Source of the DNA: Haliotis cracherodii
Taxonomy: Eukaryota
Reading direction: 5' to 3'
Assembly: GCF_022045235.1 (NCBI RefSeq)
Contig: NW_027266274.1
Location: forward strand, 3,100,001-3,164,000
Length of the DNA stretch: 64,000 bases
In this document: positions 52,301 to 63,022 of the stretch, piece after piece
Layout of the letters: each line of letters begins with the position of its first letter
Numbering within the stretch: the first letter of the stretch is position 1
The notes under the pieces: model-generated
Database searches by the model: none
Told to the model about the DNA's origin: nothing
The model's input: only the letters and a program-made list of their open reading frames with translations
Position numbers and translations under genes: made by a program

Positions 52301-55300
52301 ATCCACCACTGTCAACTGCCTTCTTACCAACATAGATGGGATACGCCGTCTCCCCCGGCAGCAGGGGCCTGTGGTTAATCACTACATCCAAGGACTCAGA
52401 GGACTTGAAAAAGGATTTGTGGATTTTCTCTTCTAAACAGTCCTCCAGAGCTGAAACCAAGAGAAGTGTGGTGAAGGAGATCCCAAGATGGTTTATCCCC
52501 AATATTGATCCTAGGTGGGGTGAGGTGGAACAGTGTTGGTACGTACCTAGCTGTATCTTGGGAGGGCTGGGGTGAGGTGGAAGAGTGTTGGTACGTACCT
52601 AGCTGTATCTTGGGAGGGGTGAGGTGGAAGAGTGTTGGTACGTACCTAGCTGTATCTTGGGAGGGGTGAGGTGGAAGAGTGTTGGTACATACCTAGATAG
52701 ATATTGAGTGGGGTAAAATGGAAGAGTGTTGGTACGTACCTAGCTGTATCTTGGGTGGGGTGAGATGGAAGAGTGTTAGTACGTACCTAGCTGTATCTTG
52801 GGTGGGGTGAGATGGAAGAGTGTTAGTACGTACCTAGCTGTATCTTGGGTGGGGTGAGGTGGAAGAGTGTTGGTACATACCTAGCTGTATCTTGGGTGGG
52901 GTGAGATGGAAGAGTGTTGGTACATACCTAGCTGTATCTTGGGTGGGGTGAGATGGAAGAGTGTTGGTACATACCTAGCTGTATCTTGGGTGGGGTGAGA
53001 TGGAAGAGTGTTGGTACGTACCTAGTTGTATCTTGGGTGGGGTGAGATGGAAGAGTGTTGGTACATACCTAGCTGTATCTTGGGAGGGGTGAGGTGGAAG
53101 AGTGTTAGTACGTACCTAGCTGTATCTTGGGAGGGGTGAGAAGTAGAAGAGTGTTAGTACGTACCTAGATGGATCTTGGGTGAGGTTGAGTAGAAGAGTG
53201 TTGGTACGTTCCTAGATGGATCTTGGGTGAGGTTGAGTAGAAGAGTGTTGGTATGTACCTAGATGGATCTTGGGTGGGATTGAGTAGAAGAGTGTTGGTA
53301 CGTTCCTAGATGGATCTTGGGTGAGGTTGAGTAGAAGAGTGTTGGTACGTACCTAGATGGATCTTGGGTGGGGTTGAGTAAAAGAGTGTTGGTATGTACC
53401 TAGATGGATCTTGGGTGAGGTTGAGTAGAAGAGTGTTGGTATGTACCTAGATGGATCTTGGGTGGGGTTGAGTAGAAGAGTGTTGGTACGTTCCTAGATG
53501 GATCTTGGGTGGGGTTAAGTAGAAGAGTGTTGGTACGTACCTAGATGGATCTTGGGTGGGGTTAAGTAGAAGAGTGTTGGTACGTACCTAGATGGATCTT
53601 GGGTGAAGTTAAGTTGAAGAGTGTTGGTACCAGATAGTAGACTAGCAGCAATAACACCAGAACAAGTAGGATTATCTTCCGAGATCTGCAGTGAGAAAAC
53701 AATCACTATATGTTGTTTATTCATTTAAGTAATTTTAAAACTACAGTTATTCTGCTTTACCATCTGGATGAAGATAACTCATTCTGAAAGTTAAATCTAA
53801 ATGATTAGCTTTTTCCTGGTAGAATATCACTTTTAAAAAACTGTAATCCTTGTGGATATTACCTTCATAACCCAATATTTGCATTATTTGTTTTGTTTAA
53901 CTGTAAACCTTTTAATGCTCTTAATGCTGTATGTTCCATGTTAGGTCGATGTTTTAAATGTCTAGTTGTATTTGTTTAATCCCCTTTTTATATGTATTAT
54001 GTTTGGGATAAATACAGCTGTATAACACATTGTGTAACACCGAAGTGTGCGCTTATGTACTGCGGGAACAAGTTTCACTAACAGTAACAAATATTGAAAA
54101 CTCCCAACATCCCTGGGCTTTTTCAATGACAATGCATGTAGAGATGATAGATCACTGAGAGGAGCTTATGCACACTCGATGACCCCAGCAACTCTGCAGC
54201 TAGGCTGACATCACATGGCTGGTGGCTCTTGCAACAAATTTCACAAATCACATCATAGGGCATTGTGACATGATTGTAAACCTTGTGGCGCAGGGCCCCA
54301 TTCCACATGGTGAACGTAGTGCAATGGCAGCCATAAGTCTATGTTAAAGTATGGGAGTCATGATAAAGTTAGTGCTATGAATACATAAAAATAAAATTAG
54401 ATATAAATAAATTATCCCAAATATAACATTTGTTACATAAAGTTAGTGCTACGATAGCTTTGTGGAACGGACCACTGAATTCTAAAGGTTGGCCATTGTA
54501 TGATATTAAATTAGCAAGTATCATCTTTTGACGTGTCTGAAGTATTATTCTGTTAAACTCAATTGGAGTACACTGTGAATTGAGTAGATGTCTGCATATT
54601 CAAACACGACAGTGAAATAATTTAATTTTTTATAAAAGGCAAGTAATCAGTATAATAGTAAACCTGCTCCTGTGTAACACCAATTTCATGAAACATTTGA
54701 ATAGTTCTGGTATCCATGGTATCTGACTTGCTTTCACTCGCCAGATACTAGAACTATCCATTCGTTTCCTAAAATTGGTATTACACAGGAGCTGGTTTAG
54801 TATTCTATATATCTTTATCGTATCTTAATTGTACTACCATTGCCACAAACAAAATATCAGTATTACCTTTAGTCAGTTACCAAATATTGCATAGCTTTAC
54901 ACGTATCTCTCAGGTCTGTTTATGTCTCAATATCATGTAAGTATACTCTCACGCAGGGTTGTACCCATGCTTATGAAACTGGCGGTCCAGAGGGATCCAA
55001 ATATTCAGATGAGTATTTCAAGGGTCCTGTGAGTGTCAAGCCATATTGCACAGTGACATGTCCAACGTCTTATACATGACATCAGTAATAAACCTTCCAA
55101 TAACCTTTATGTTTGTTAAGAGACTGGATGTTTCTATTCTTGCCTGGGGTGACTCATTGCATTTCAAATCTTATTTTCTTTCCTTATGACAAAAGACTTA
55201 AAACACACAACTTAGTGACATTATCATCAAACACCTGTGTGTGTACTTCCCTCTTTCAAGTTTCATTGTAGGTACCATGTGATCCTGTGCAGACAATATT

Positions 55301-58300
55301 CAATTAACTTCTGGTACTTATCCAATAGTAAACATTGGTTGTTCCTCAAGACATAGTAGGTGGGGTAGGGGGGTATTTGGTGGGATAAGGGTGTATGGTG
55401 GGGTAGGGGGGTATTTGGTGGGATAAGGGTGTATGGTGGGGTAGGGGGGTATTTGGTGGGATAAGGGTGTATGGAGGGATAGGGGGGGTATGGTGGGATA
55501 GGGGGGTATGGTGGGATAGGGGTGTATGGTGGGGTAGGGGGGTATTTGGTGGGATAGGGGTGTATGGTGGGGTAGGGGGGTATTTGGTGGGATAAGGGTG
55601 TATGGTGGGATGGGGGGTGTATGGTGGGATAGGGGTGTATGGTGGGGTAGGGGGGTATTTGGTGGGATAGGGGTGTATGGTGGGGTAGGGGGGTATTTGG
55701 TGGGATAAGGGTGTATGGTGGGATAGGGGGGTGTATTGTGGGATAGGGGTGTCTGGTGGGGTAGGGGGGTATTTGGTGGGATAAGGGTGTATGGTGGGGT
55801 AGGGGGGTATTTGGTGGGATAAGGGTGTATGGTGGGATAGGGGGGTTTATGGTGGGATAGGGGTGTATGGTGGGGTAGGGGGATATTTGGTGGGATAGGG
55901 GTGTATGGTGGGGTAGGGGGGTATTTGGTGGGATAGGGGTATATGGTGGGGTAGGGGGGTATTTGGTTGGATAGGGGTGTATGGTGGGCTAGGGGGGTGT
56001 ATGGTGGGATAGGGGTGTATGGTGGGGTAGGGGGTGTATGGTGGGGTAGGGGGGTGTATGGTGGGATAGGGGTGTATGGTGGGGTAGGGGGGTGTATGGT
56101 GGGGTAGGGGGGTGTATGGTGGGGTAGGGGGGTATTTGGTGGGATAAGGGTGTATGGTGGGATGGGGGGTGTATGGTGGGATAGGGGTGTATGGTGGGGT
56201 AGGGGGGTATTTGGTGGGATAGGGGTGTATGGTGGGGTAGGGGGGTATTTGGTGGGATAAGGGTGTATGGTGGGATAGGGGGGTGTATGGTGGGATAGGG
56301 GTGTCTGGTGGGGTAGGGGGGTATTTGGTGGGATAAGGGTGTATGGTGGGGTAGGGGGGTATTTGGTGGGATAAGGGTGTATGGTGGGATAGGGGGGTTT
56401 ATGGTGGGATAGGGGTGTATGGTGGGGTAGGGGGGTATTTGGTGGGATAGGGGTGTATGGTGGGGTAGGGGGGTATTTGGTGGGATAGGGGTATATGGTG
56501 GGGTAGGGGGGTATTTGGTGGGATAGGGGTGTATGGTGGGCTAGGGGGGTGTATGGTGGGATAGGGGTGTATGGTGGGGTAGGGGGTGTATGGTGGGGTA
56601 GGGGGGTGTATGATGGGAAAGGGGTGTATGGTGGGGTAGGGGGGTGTATGGTGGGGTAGGGGGGTGTATGGTGGGGTAGGGGGGTGTATGGTGGGGTAGG
56701 GGGTGTATGGTGGGGTAAGGGGTATTTGATGGGATAGGGGTGTATGGTGGGGTAGGGGGTGTATGGTGGGGTAGGGGGTGTATGGTGGGGTAGGGGGGTG
56801 TATGGTGGGATAGGGGTGTATGGTGGGTAGGGGGGTGTATGGTGGGGTAAGGGTGTATGGTGGGGTAGGGGGTGTATGGTGGGGTAGGGGGTCTGTATTG
56901 TGGGGTAGGGGGGTATTTGGTGGGATAGGGGGGTGTATGGTGGGGTTAGGGTGTATGGTGGGGTAGGGGGGTATTTGGTGGGATAGGGGTGTATGGTGGG
57001 GTAGGGGGGTGTATGGTGGGGTAGGGGAGTGTATGGTGGGGTAGGGGGGTGTATGGTGGGGTAGGGGGGTATTTGGTGGGATAGGGGTGTATGGTGGGGT
57101 AGGGGGGTGTATGGTGGGGTAGGGGAGTGTATGGTGGGGTAGGGGGGTGTATGGTGGGGTAGGGGAGTGTATGGTGGGGTAGGGGAGTGTATGGTGGGGT
57201 AGGGGGGTATTTGGTGGGATAGGGGTGTATGGTGGGGTAGGGGGGTGTATGGTGGGGTAAGGGTGTATGATGAGAGAGGAGCTCACCCAGACCCAAAGAA
57301 AGCTGAAGACATAAAGTCAATCAAGACACCACAGACCCCAAAAGAATTACAAGAATTCCTTGGCATAGTAAATTACATGGGACCATTTGTACCAAAATTG
57401 TCACAACACACCGCTTCACTTCGTGACTTAATCAAATAACAAAGACTTTGAGAGAATCAAATCTCTCATATGCGAAGAAGGCACACTGAGCAACTTTGAT
57501 CCAAGCATCCTTACGGGGACTTGGAGCAGCATTAACACAAGACGGAAAACCAATAGCAATCACATCAAAGTGTCTGACTGACACTGAACAACGGCATGCC
57601 AACATTGAAAGGGAATTATTGGCAGTTGTATTTGGCTGCGAAAGATTACATACATATGTGTATGGAAACCATTTATTATAGAGACAGAAAACAAACCCTT
57701 AGAAAAGATCAAGCTGAAGAACTTGACTGCAGCCCAACCAATATTACAGAGAATGCTTCTACGTCTCCAAAACTATGATGTCAAAATCAGATACAGACCA
57801 GGAAAAGAAATGACCCTGGCTGATGGGCTATCAAGACTACCAAACAATAAGAATACAAGAGAAATTCACTTGGACGTCAAGGTTAGCCCAGTACAGTTTT
57901 CATCAGACAAGCTAACAACGCTAAAGTCATGCACAAGTCAAGACCAAACGCTCAGCGAACTATGTGACATGATTGTTGAAGGATGGCCTAGCACATTCAA
58001 AGAAATACCAGGACCAATCCGCCCGTACTGGTGTTACAGAGATGAATTATCAGTTGAAGATGGCCTCATCCTTAAAGGAGAGAGAGTCATAATTCCCCAA
58101 GACATGCAACATGAAGTACTACAGAAAATACATGCAGGTCACCAAGGTGCAACCAAGTGCAAGTTGAGAGCCAGATCATGTGTATTCTGGGATGGAATAA
58201 ACAAAGATATTGAACAAGCTGTAAAATCATGCCTTACATGCCAAAGCCATCAAGACTCACAAGCTAAAGAAACCCTGATGCCTCATGAGATCCCAACAAG

Positions 58301-60149
58301 ACCATGGCAGACAGTAGGTACAGACCTATTTCATCATGATAACAACAAGTTTCTTACCGTCGCAGACTACTACTCAAAGTGTCAGGTCATAAGAAAGTTA
58401 CCAAAGCCCTGCACAAGTATTCAGGGGTCAGGGGTCATCGAGTGTGCAGAAGCTCCTCCCAGTGAGCTATCATCTCTACACGTAATGTCATTGAATACGC
58501 CCTGTGGTGTTGAGAGTTTTGTTTACTAATTATAGACTGCGGCGGCGCATTTTAGAGCAAGCGCTAGTTTATGAAAGCACTTTAATTTTTAAAATATTTT
58601 TTATTTCGTTTTTCTCGTAATTCAAGTGGCTAAAATGGTTATAAATGGGAACTAATAAAAATATATTATTTTTTCCTTAGCCCTTGGATCCCCTTTAGGA
58701 TAAATCACCCCTTTACGATCATTAGGGTTAGGTACCCGTTTAGTGGCTATTAGATTACCCGAAGTATATCCTTAGCCCTTGAATCCCCTTTATGATCATT
58801 AGGGTTAGCAGTGGTTAGGTACTCGTTTAGTGGCTATTATAGATTATATAACGGCTCCTAATATTCTTCACACAAAAACGTCGAGTAAAAAGGATGAAAT
58901 GGTTTTGTGTCGAATATTTTGGCAACTGGAAACTGTCCTGGAACATTCACACAAGCCACTTTCACCGGCTACATATTTTCAGTACTGATTCAAAAGCAAA
59001 CTCACCGTTGCGTCGTCACTAGCCATGCTTTTCCTTTCTTGTTCCTTACTGTTATCCACATCATCCTTACAGTGTTCCCTACCACACTTTTCTGTCACAA
59101 AAATCACTCGACGAATTATTAAATATCATATCATTCATGCGTACTCGCGAGTTCGACGTCTGACGTCTGAGGCCTGGAGACGTTTTCAGTTCGCTGCATA
59201 TCGGCTCATTCCTCTCCACTCGGTATCTTGTACATTACGGAATGGGACGAGTGTACCAAATGGCATCGGGATCATTCGTACATGTCTGTAGACTAAAGTC
59301 ACGAGATACCATGCCTACCCGTAACCTTCGTAAGTGTCCGTCACCTATTCGACCCTTTTCGTTCAGTTCCGTAACGTCATAGGCATGACTAGGTAAATTT
59401 GCACCAAGTTTAACAGTGTGGACGTAGCTCAGTCGGTTAGCTGTCGGGCTAACGATCCGAAGGTTGCGAGTTCGCGTCCGACGGATTCTCACTAAAACTG
59501 GTTGCTTGTCTTGAGACATGTGACCTACGGCAGAGATCATTCTCACGAGAAGTTGTGGTACTGTATTCTAAAGGTGCTCCCATTTGGCAAACAAATGCTA
59601 ATTATTGTTGATAGCGCACATGGTCCAATGGTAAAGTGTTGGTTACTTAGAGTAACTCATTATCTTAGCTTCAGCCAAGCTGGCAACCCAAGCTCGATTC
59701 TCTAAGCTTTGTTAAACATGTTAAATGAAATCCGAAAAAAAGTGTGGCAGGTAAAGTGCGGGATTTCTCATTTTTAGCCACAGCGAAACCTTATGATTTT
59801 GAGTGCACATATTGGGTCCTAAACTAAAAGTGATTTAACTCCGCATCTAAAGAAAATGACTTAGGGCTGGATCTGTTCCTGTTAACCTCAATACATTACA
59901 GCAACGAAGCAGTGTAACGTTTTCTGCAATTACCATTTATGAAAGACGGGTGCATTGCAAATGGGCGAAGAAGCAAATATCACCTGACAATGACAACAGG
60001 CATCACTATCCACGTTGCAACTTCGACACAACTTGCAACTCCGTCCACTACGACAACAATTCTTGTCGGTGTCGCCTGTTGACAGCTGCTTACCTGCTCA
60101 AGGAGGATAGAGCATTCAGTGAACTCTGGATCCTGTTTTGCAGCCACAT
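40398..60149 (-). CDS. KIAA2013: KIAA2013 homolog (DUF2152 membrane protein), 15 exons, 611 aa
   Basis: Exons (minus): 60149-60094, 53685-53588, 52450-52328, 51475-51347, 51158-51100, 49568-49476, 48526-48453, 48157-48017, 46886-46784, 46532-46464, 43854-43655, 42663-42551, 42140-41876, 41012-40888, 40585-40398. All introns GT-AG, phases consistent, 1836 nt. Motifs matching KIAA2013 as I recall it: [88 protein letters not shown]. Confidence 0.93.
41081..41900 (-). repeat. ~48-50-bp array of duplicated exon-13 end plus GTGAGT donor, about 16 copies
   Basis: Minus-strand unit ...tctggatgccccggtgccactggg|gtgagtatatacctgataacactgtg; the first 24 nt are the coding end of exon 13 (LDAPVPLG). Confidence 0.93.
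42715..43480. repeat. 21/25-bp minisatellite interrupted by a MITE
   Basis: Units gggtcaacttaatatacacca and gggtcaacttaatatatacagt occur on both sides of the MITE. Confidence 0.85.
42771..43154. mobile_element. Tc1/mariner-pogo-type MITE, copy 2
   Basis: TA|CAGTCAAGTCTTGTTAATCCGAC...GTCGGATTAACGGAACTTGACTG|TA; homologous to 16258-16723. Confidence 0.85.
43961..44461 (+). mobile_element. HINE/Pearl-like (non-autonomous Helentron-type) element
   Basis: AACAAG start, subterminal inverted pair atcccccgcc / ggcgggggat, two core-like repeats, an (ACGC/ACAC)n microsatellite, and a 3' hairpin ccccgccaacttcgttggggcgggg. A related inverted fragment lies at about 46130-46290. Confidence 0.65.
44511..45230. 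repeat. 44-bp minisatellite, about 16 copies
   Basis: Unit tactctctgtaccagtgtaagtgtggtatcataaggtactgaag. Confidence 0.95.
45258..46120 (-). mobile_element. Decayed mariner transposon
   Basis: TACGAGGG TIR-like end at 45258. Minus-strand fragments [25 protein letters not shown] and [20 protein letters not shown] (like YSPDLAPSDFHLF). Confidence 0.8.
46955..48033 (-). repeat. Mixed 26/39-bp array of duplicated exon-8 end plus donor, about 35 donor copies
   Basis: Minus-strand units gtactcagtcactggtagatggacag (26) and gtactcagtcactggtagatggacagtgcagccagacag (39); acagtgcagccagacag is the coding end of exon 8. Confidence 0.93.
49585..50940. repeat. 32-bp minisatellite filling KIAA2013 intron 5, about 42 copies
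   Basis: Unit catgatcagtcacttgtagcacccctgctata (variants gtgtta, gcttta); ends about 15 nt from the exon-6 acceptor. Confidence 0.95.
52510..53630 (-). repeat. ~47-bp array of duplicated exon-2 end plus GTACGT donor, about 24 copies
   Basis: Minus-strand unit gtacgtaccaacactcttctacttaaccccacccaagatccatctag versus exon-2 end gtaccaacactcttcaacttaacttcacccaagatccatctag. Confidence 0.93.
54651..54809. mobile_element. Fold-back (palindromic) MITE-like element
   Basis: ~65-bp inverted arms: taaacctgctcctgtgtaacaccaattt...atagttctggtatc and gatactagaactat...aaattggtattacacaggagctggtttag. Confidence 0.7.
55355..57268. repeat. G-rich ~20-bp minisatellite in KIAA2013 intron 1
   Basis: Units gtgtatggtggggtaggggg and gtatttggtgggatagggg; source of the Pro-rich minus-strand ORFs. 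Confidence 0.95.
57262..58420 (+). mobile_element. Ty3/Gypsy pol remnant (RT end, RNase H, integrase start)
   Basis: HPDPKK...[10 protein letters not shown]; [12 protein letters not shown]...[23 protein letters not shown]; [27 protein letters not shown]; H-x5-K-C...C-x2-C zinc finger; [11 protein letters not shown]...ADYYSK. Stops and frameshifts; no LTR seen. Confidence 0.88.
58675..59465 (-). mobile_element. Interspersed repeat, copy 2 (KIAA2013 intron 1), inverted relative to 22252-22975
   Basis: Its reverse complement aligns along its length with 22252-22975. Confidence 0.8.
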
Positions 60150-60900
60150 TTGCCGTATTGATATGGATACAGGGAATCTACGAGAAAATATTCTATTTAA
60201 CACAGCTGATCCATTCCTCATAGTCAACACCCTGAGTGACACACCGCCATATTTTCATACCGCAGTTAATAATGTTTTGACACATTCGACGCTATAAATA
60301 TTCCAGATATGACCTGTTTATGATATATTTTACTCAAAATGTGACAGTGATGGTACTTTTAATTATCAGCGGAGCGATATGGATTATATTAATATGTTTC
60401 ACCAATCGCCAAACTATAAATATTCTTTTCGAAGTTCACATCCGGTTAGAATGTTTTGGTTGGAGATGAACAGAACGTACACCATAAGCTTGTGATTGAT
60501 ACTATGCACATCGATTAGCCGATTATTAAGGTGTGTTTTTGTAATTTAGAAAAAATAAGCATTTTATCCTAACTCCATTATCGATGACGACATGACATAA
60601 GAATATATGTCAGAATATATAGCTTGGTATCGTCGCCCCAGATCTGCTTGTACCGGTAACAAATGCAGCTTGGTTGTGGCTGTGTCACTGTCAGTGTGTA
60701 GCATAAGCTTGATCGGCAAGAGAAGAACACCGGGGGTAGCTGCCTGTAATCTCGGTAATTCACTCACATTTCACGCATGTTGATTGCCAGCAGGTCAACC
60801 AAAGGTCAATATCTACTAGCCTACGGACTAGTAGTGGCCAAAGTAAAACATCAACAATGATCAATCAGTGGTGAATTTAGAGTGCTACTGCTGGTTTGTT
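60150..60900. promoter_or_regulatory. Probable bidirectional promoter region for KIAA2013 (-) and BBS2 (+)
   Basis: Head-to-head genes. YY1-like aaaatATGGCGG on the minus strand at about 60255-60244. The BBS2 ATG exon is preceded by an acceptor, implying an upstream non-coding exon. Confidence 0.45.
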
Positions 60901-61007
60901 CTGTTTTTATAAATTCCGCTTGATCAATTGGTCAATTTCTCTCTGAGAAGACAGCTGCGTTAGAGCAGTGAAGTAAAGCAGAGCTTTCAGCAACTATCAG
61001 TGTGTGA

Positions 61008-61163
61008 AAGAGTATGGTTTTACGTCGCTTTTAGCAATATTCCTGCAATATCATGGTGGGGACACCAGAAATGGGCTCCACACCTTGTACCCATGTCGGG
61101 AATTGAACCCGGGTCATTGGTGTGACGAGCAAACGCTTTAACCACTGGGCTATCAGACCACCC
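61008..61163 (-). mobile_element. tRNA-derived SINE, near full length
   Basis: Minus-strand gatagcccagtggttaaagcgtttgctcgtcacacc...cccgggttcaattccc head plus the same body as 30231-30352. Confidence 0.8.
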
Positions 61164-61303
61164 TTCAGTAACTGTCAAACAATACATCCAGTCTTTGTTA
61201 AGTGTAAAAATAAAAAAGGTAGATTATTTGGAAATGACACTCAATGATGATCAGTCTGCTAGCAATGCAGAACCATGTAATCAATAGAAATGGGGAAAAA
61301 AAT

Positions 61304-61958
61304 GGGTGCAGGCTATAATGGCACCTCATTTGGCGAAAGCCGTAACTAATTGTCGGGCACAAACAGCACGTCTATTTTTAATAATGATAAGAATGATTTA
61401 TATAGTAGTATATATGCTTGATTTACATACTTTGTTATGTTATGTTGTAGTATATATGTTTAAGTTATGTTTATGTATATTTTATGTTTATGTTAATTAA
61501 AACTTCAAAGCATGTGATGTTTTCACTATAAGTTTAGTTGCGCTTCCCAATCAGAGTTGGCGAGTAAATTGGAATAGAGGCTAATTTCTAATGTAAACTT
61601 GTTTTAAGGCGATTAACATTTCACAATTATTTGTGTTTGCATGTGACCATGTGAGTTTAATTTAATTTATTTTACATTAAAGCATGTAAGGTTTTCACAA
61701 TAAGTTTAGTTGCGCCTCCCAGTCAAGAGTTGGCAAGTAAATTGGAATAGAGGCTAATTTCTAATGTAAACTTATTTTAAGATTTCACAATTATTTTTGT
61801 TTGCAAGTGACCATGTTAGTTTGATTTCATGTATTTAAGTACCTACGTAAAAAAAAATATGAGGTGCCAGTTTTGTTTTAGGCAAGGTGACATTTTCACC
61901 AATCAGTGCTGTTTTCGCTCAGTGACATTTTGCCAAGGTGCTGTTTAAGCTATGACCC
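61304..61958. mobile_element. Non-autonomous TIR element with an internal ~170-bp direct duplication
   Basis: Imperfect TIRs gggtgcaggctataatggcacc..ttggcgaaa / tttgccaaggtgctgtttaagctatgaccc flanked by aaaat on both sides; internal duplicates start at about 61508 and 61678. Confidence 0.6.
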
Positions 61959-62117
61959 AAAATAACATGCTGAAACATTTCCCTTGGATTAGCTGTACCT
62001 GCCCTATTCACTCACGGTGTCCTCAATTGCATGTAGTGTGATGCTTTTGTAGAATCTAAAATTGTTTTGTTGCTTTTGTTTCAGGACTTGTCAAGGTTTA
62101 CTGTGTAGTCATCCAAG

Positions 62118-62234
62118 ATGCTGGTTCCTATTTTTACCCTTAAACTGAACCACAAGGTGAACCCCCACATGGTGACAATAGGGAAGTATGACGGCACTCA
62201 CCCCTCTCTCACCTGTGCAACCACAGCAGGGAAG
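62118..62234 (+). CDS. BBS2: Bardet-Biedl syndrome 2 protein, first coding exon (rest outside window)
   Basis: [39 protein letters not shown]|gtagga resembles the BBS2 N-terminus as I recall it ([31 protein letters not shown]...TGK). Acceptor tttcag at 62079-62084. Confidence 0.9.
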
Positions 62235-63022
62235 GTAGGATACCTGTACAACATGTAGCCATAGTATAATTTCACAAACTGAGCATTCATCAGTAGTGTT
62301 TCTTAGTGATATCATGTCTATATGGCTTAGTTATTTGTAAACGGAATTGAAAAAGGGTAATGAATTTGAGAATCCACCTGGCAAATTCAAGTCTCCAGTT
62401 TCGAGTTTCCTGTGTATAACGAAGCTTGCATGAGGAAAGTTTTTGCAAGGAAAAGACAGTATGTGTAATTTGCATTTAGCATGTTTAGATTGGCTGAATT
62501 AACAGTTCTAAACATACCAGTTGTATGCATGTCTGACTGTGTGTGAACTAAGTCAACTGACAATATTGTAAGACTCTAAGTTCATTAGTCGAAGTTGTGT
62601 TGATATAATTGAAGTTTATTACTTTATGGAAGTTGAGTACTATCCCAAGTCTTTAGCTTAAATATAGTTTTACTTTCTTGAAAGTGTGAAAACAATTTAC
62701 CATGTTTATAGAACCAAGTTTAAGTTCATTAACATGTTGAAAGGTACAGTTAGATATAAACTGTGCAGTGGGAGCATTTAAGTTTTGACAGATAATTGAG
62801 TGAAACAGGAACTGTGTGTTTGTTTATGTTTAACTGGACAGATTATTAAAAACAAGAAGCTGAACATGTTTGTTTTTCATTATTTTCTTATGCAGAATTG
62901 TGGACTTGACTGCGTGTCATGTTGATGGATATTAATTCGTCAGTTGTCCTTCTTTACCTTTATGGGCGAGTCTGTGGACTCTTTTCTGTCTACTGACTGG
63001 GTTTTCCACACAAAATGTTGTA

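Noticed and set aside
56399-57320. Extensin-like Pro-rich ORFs
   Set aside because: Reverse translation of the G-rich minisatellite.
60640-60670. RFX X-box for the ciliary gene BBS2
   Set aside because: Only a half-site (ggtaac) with a poor left arm; not supportable by eye.
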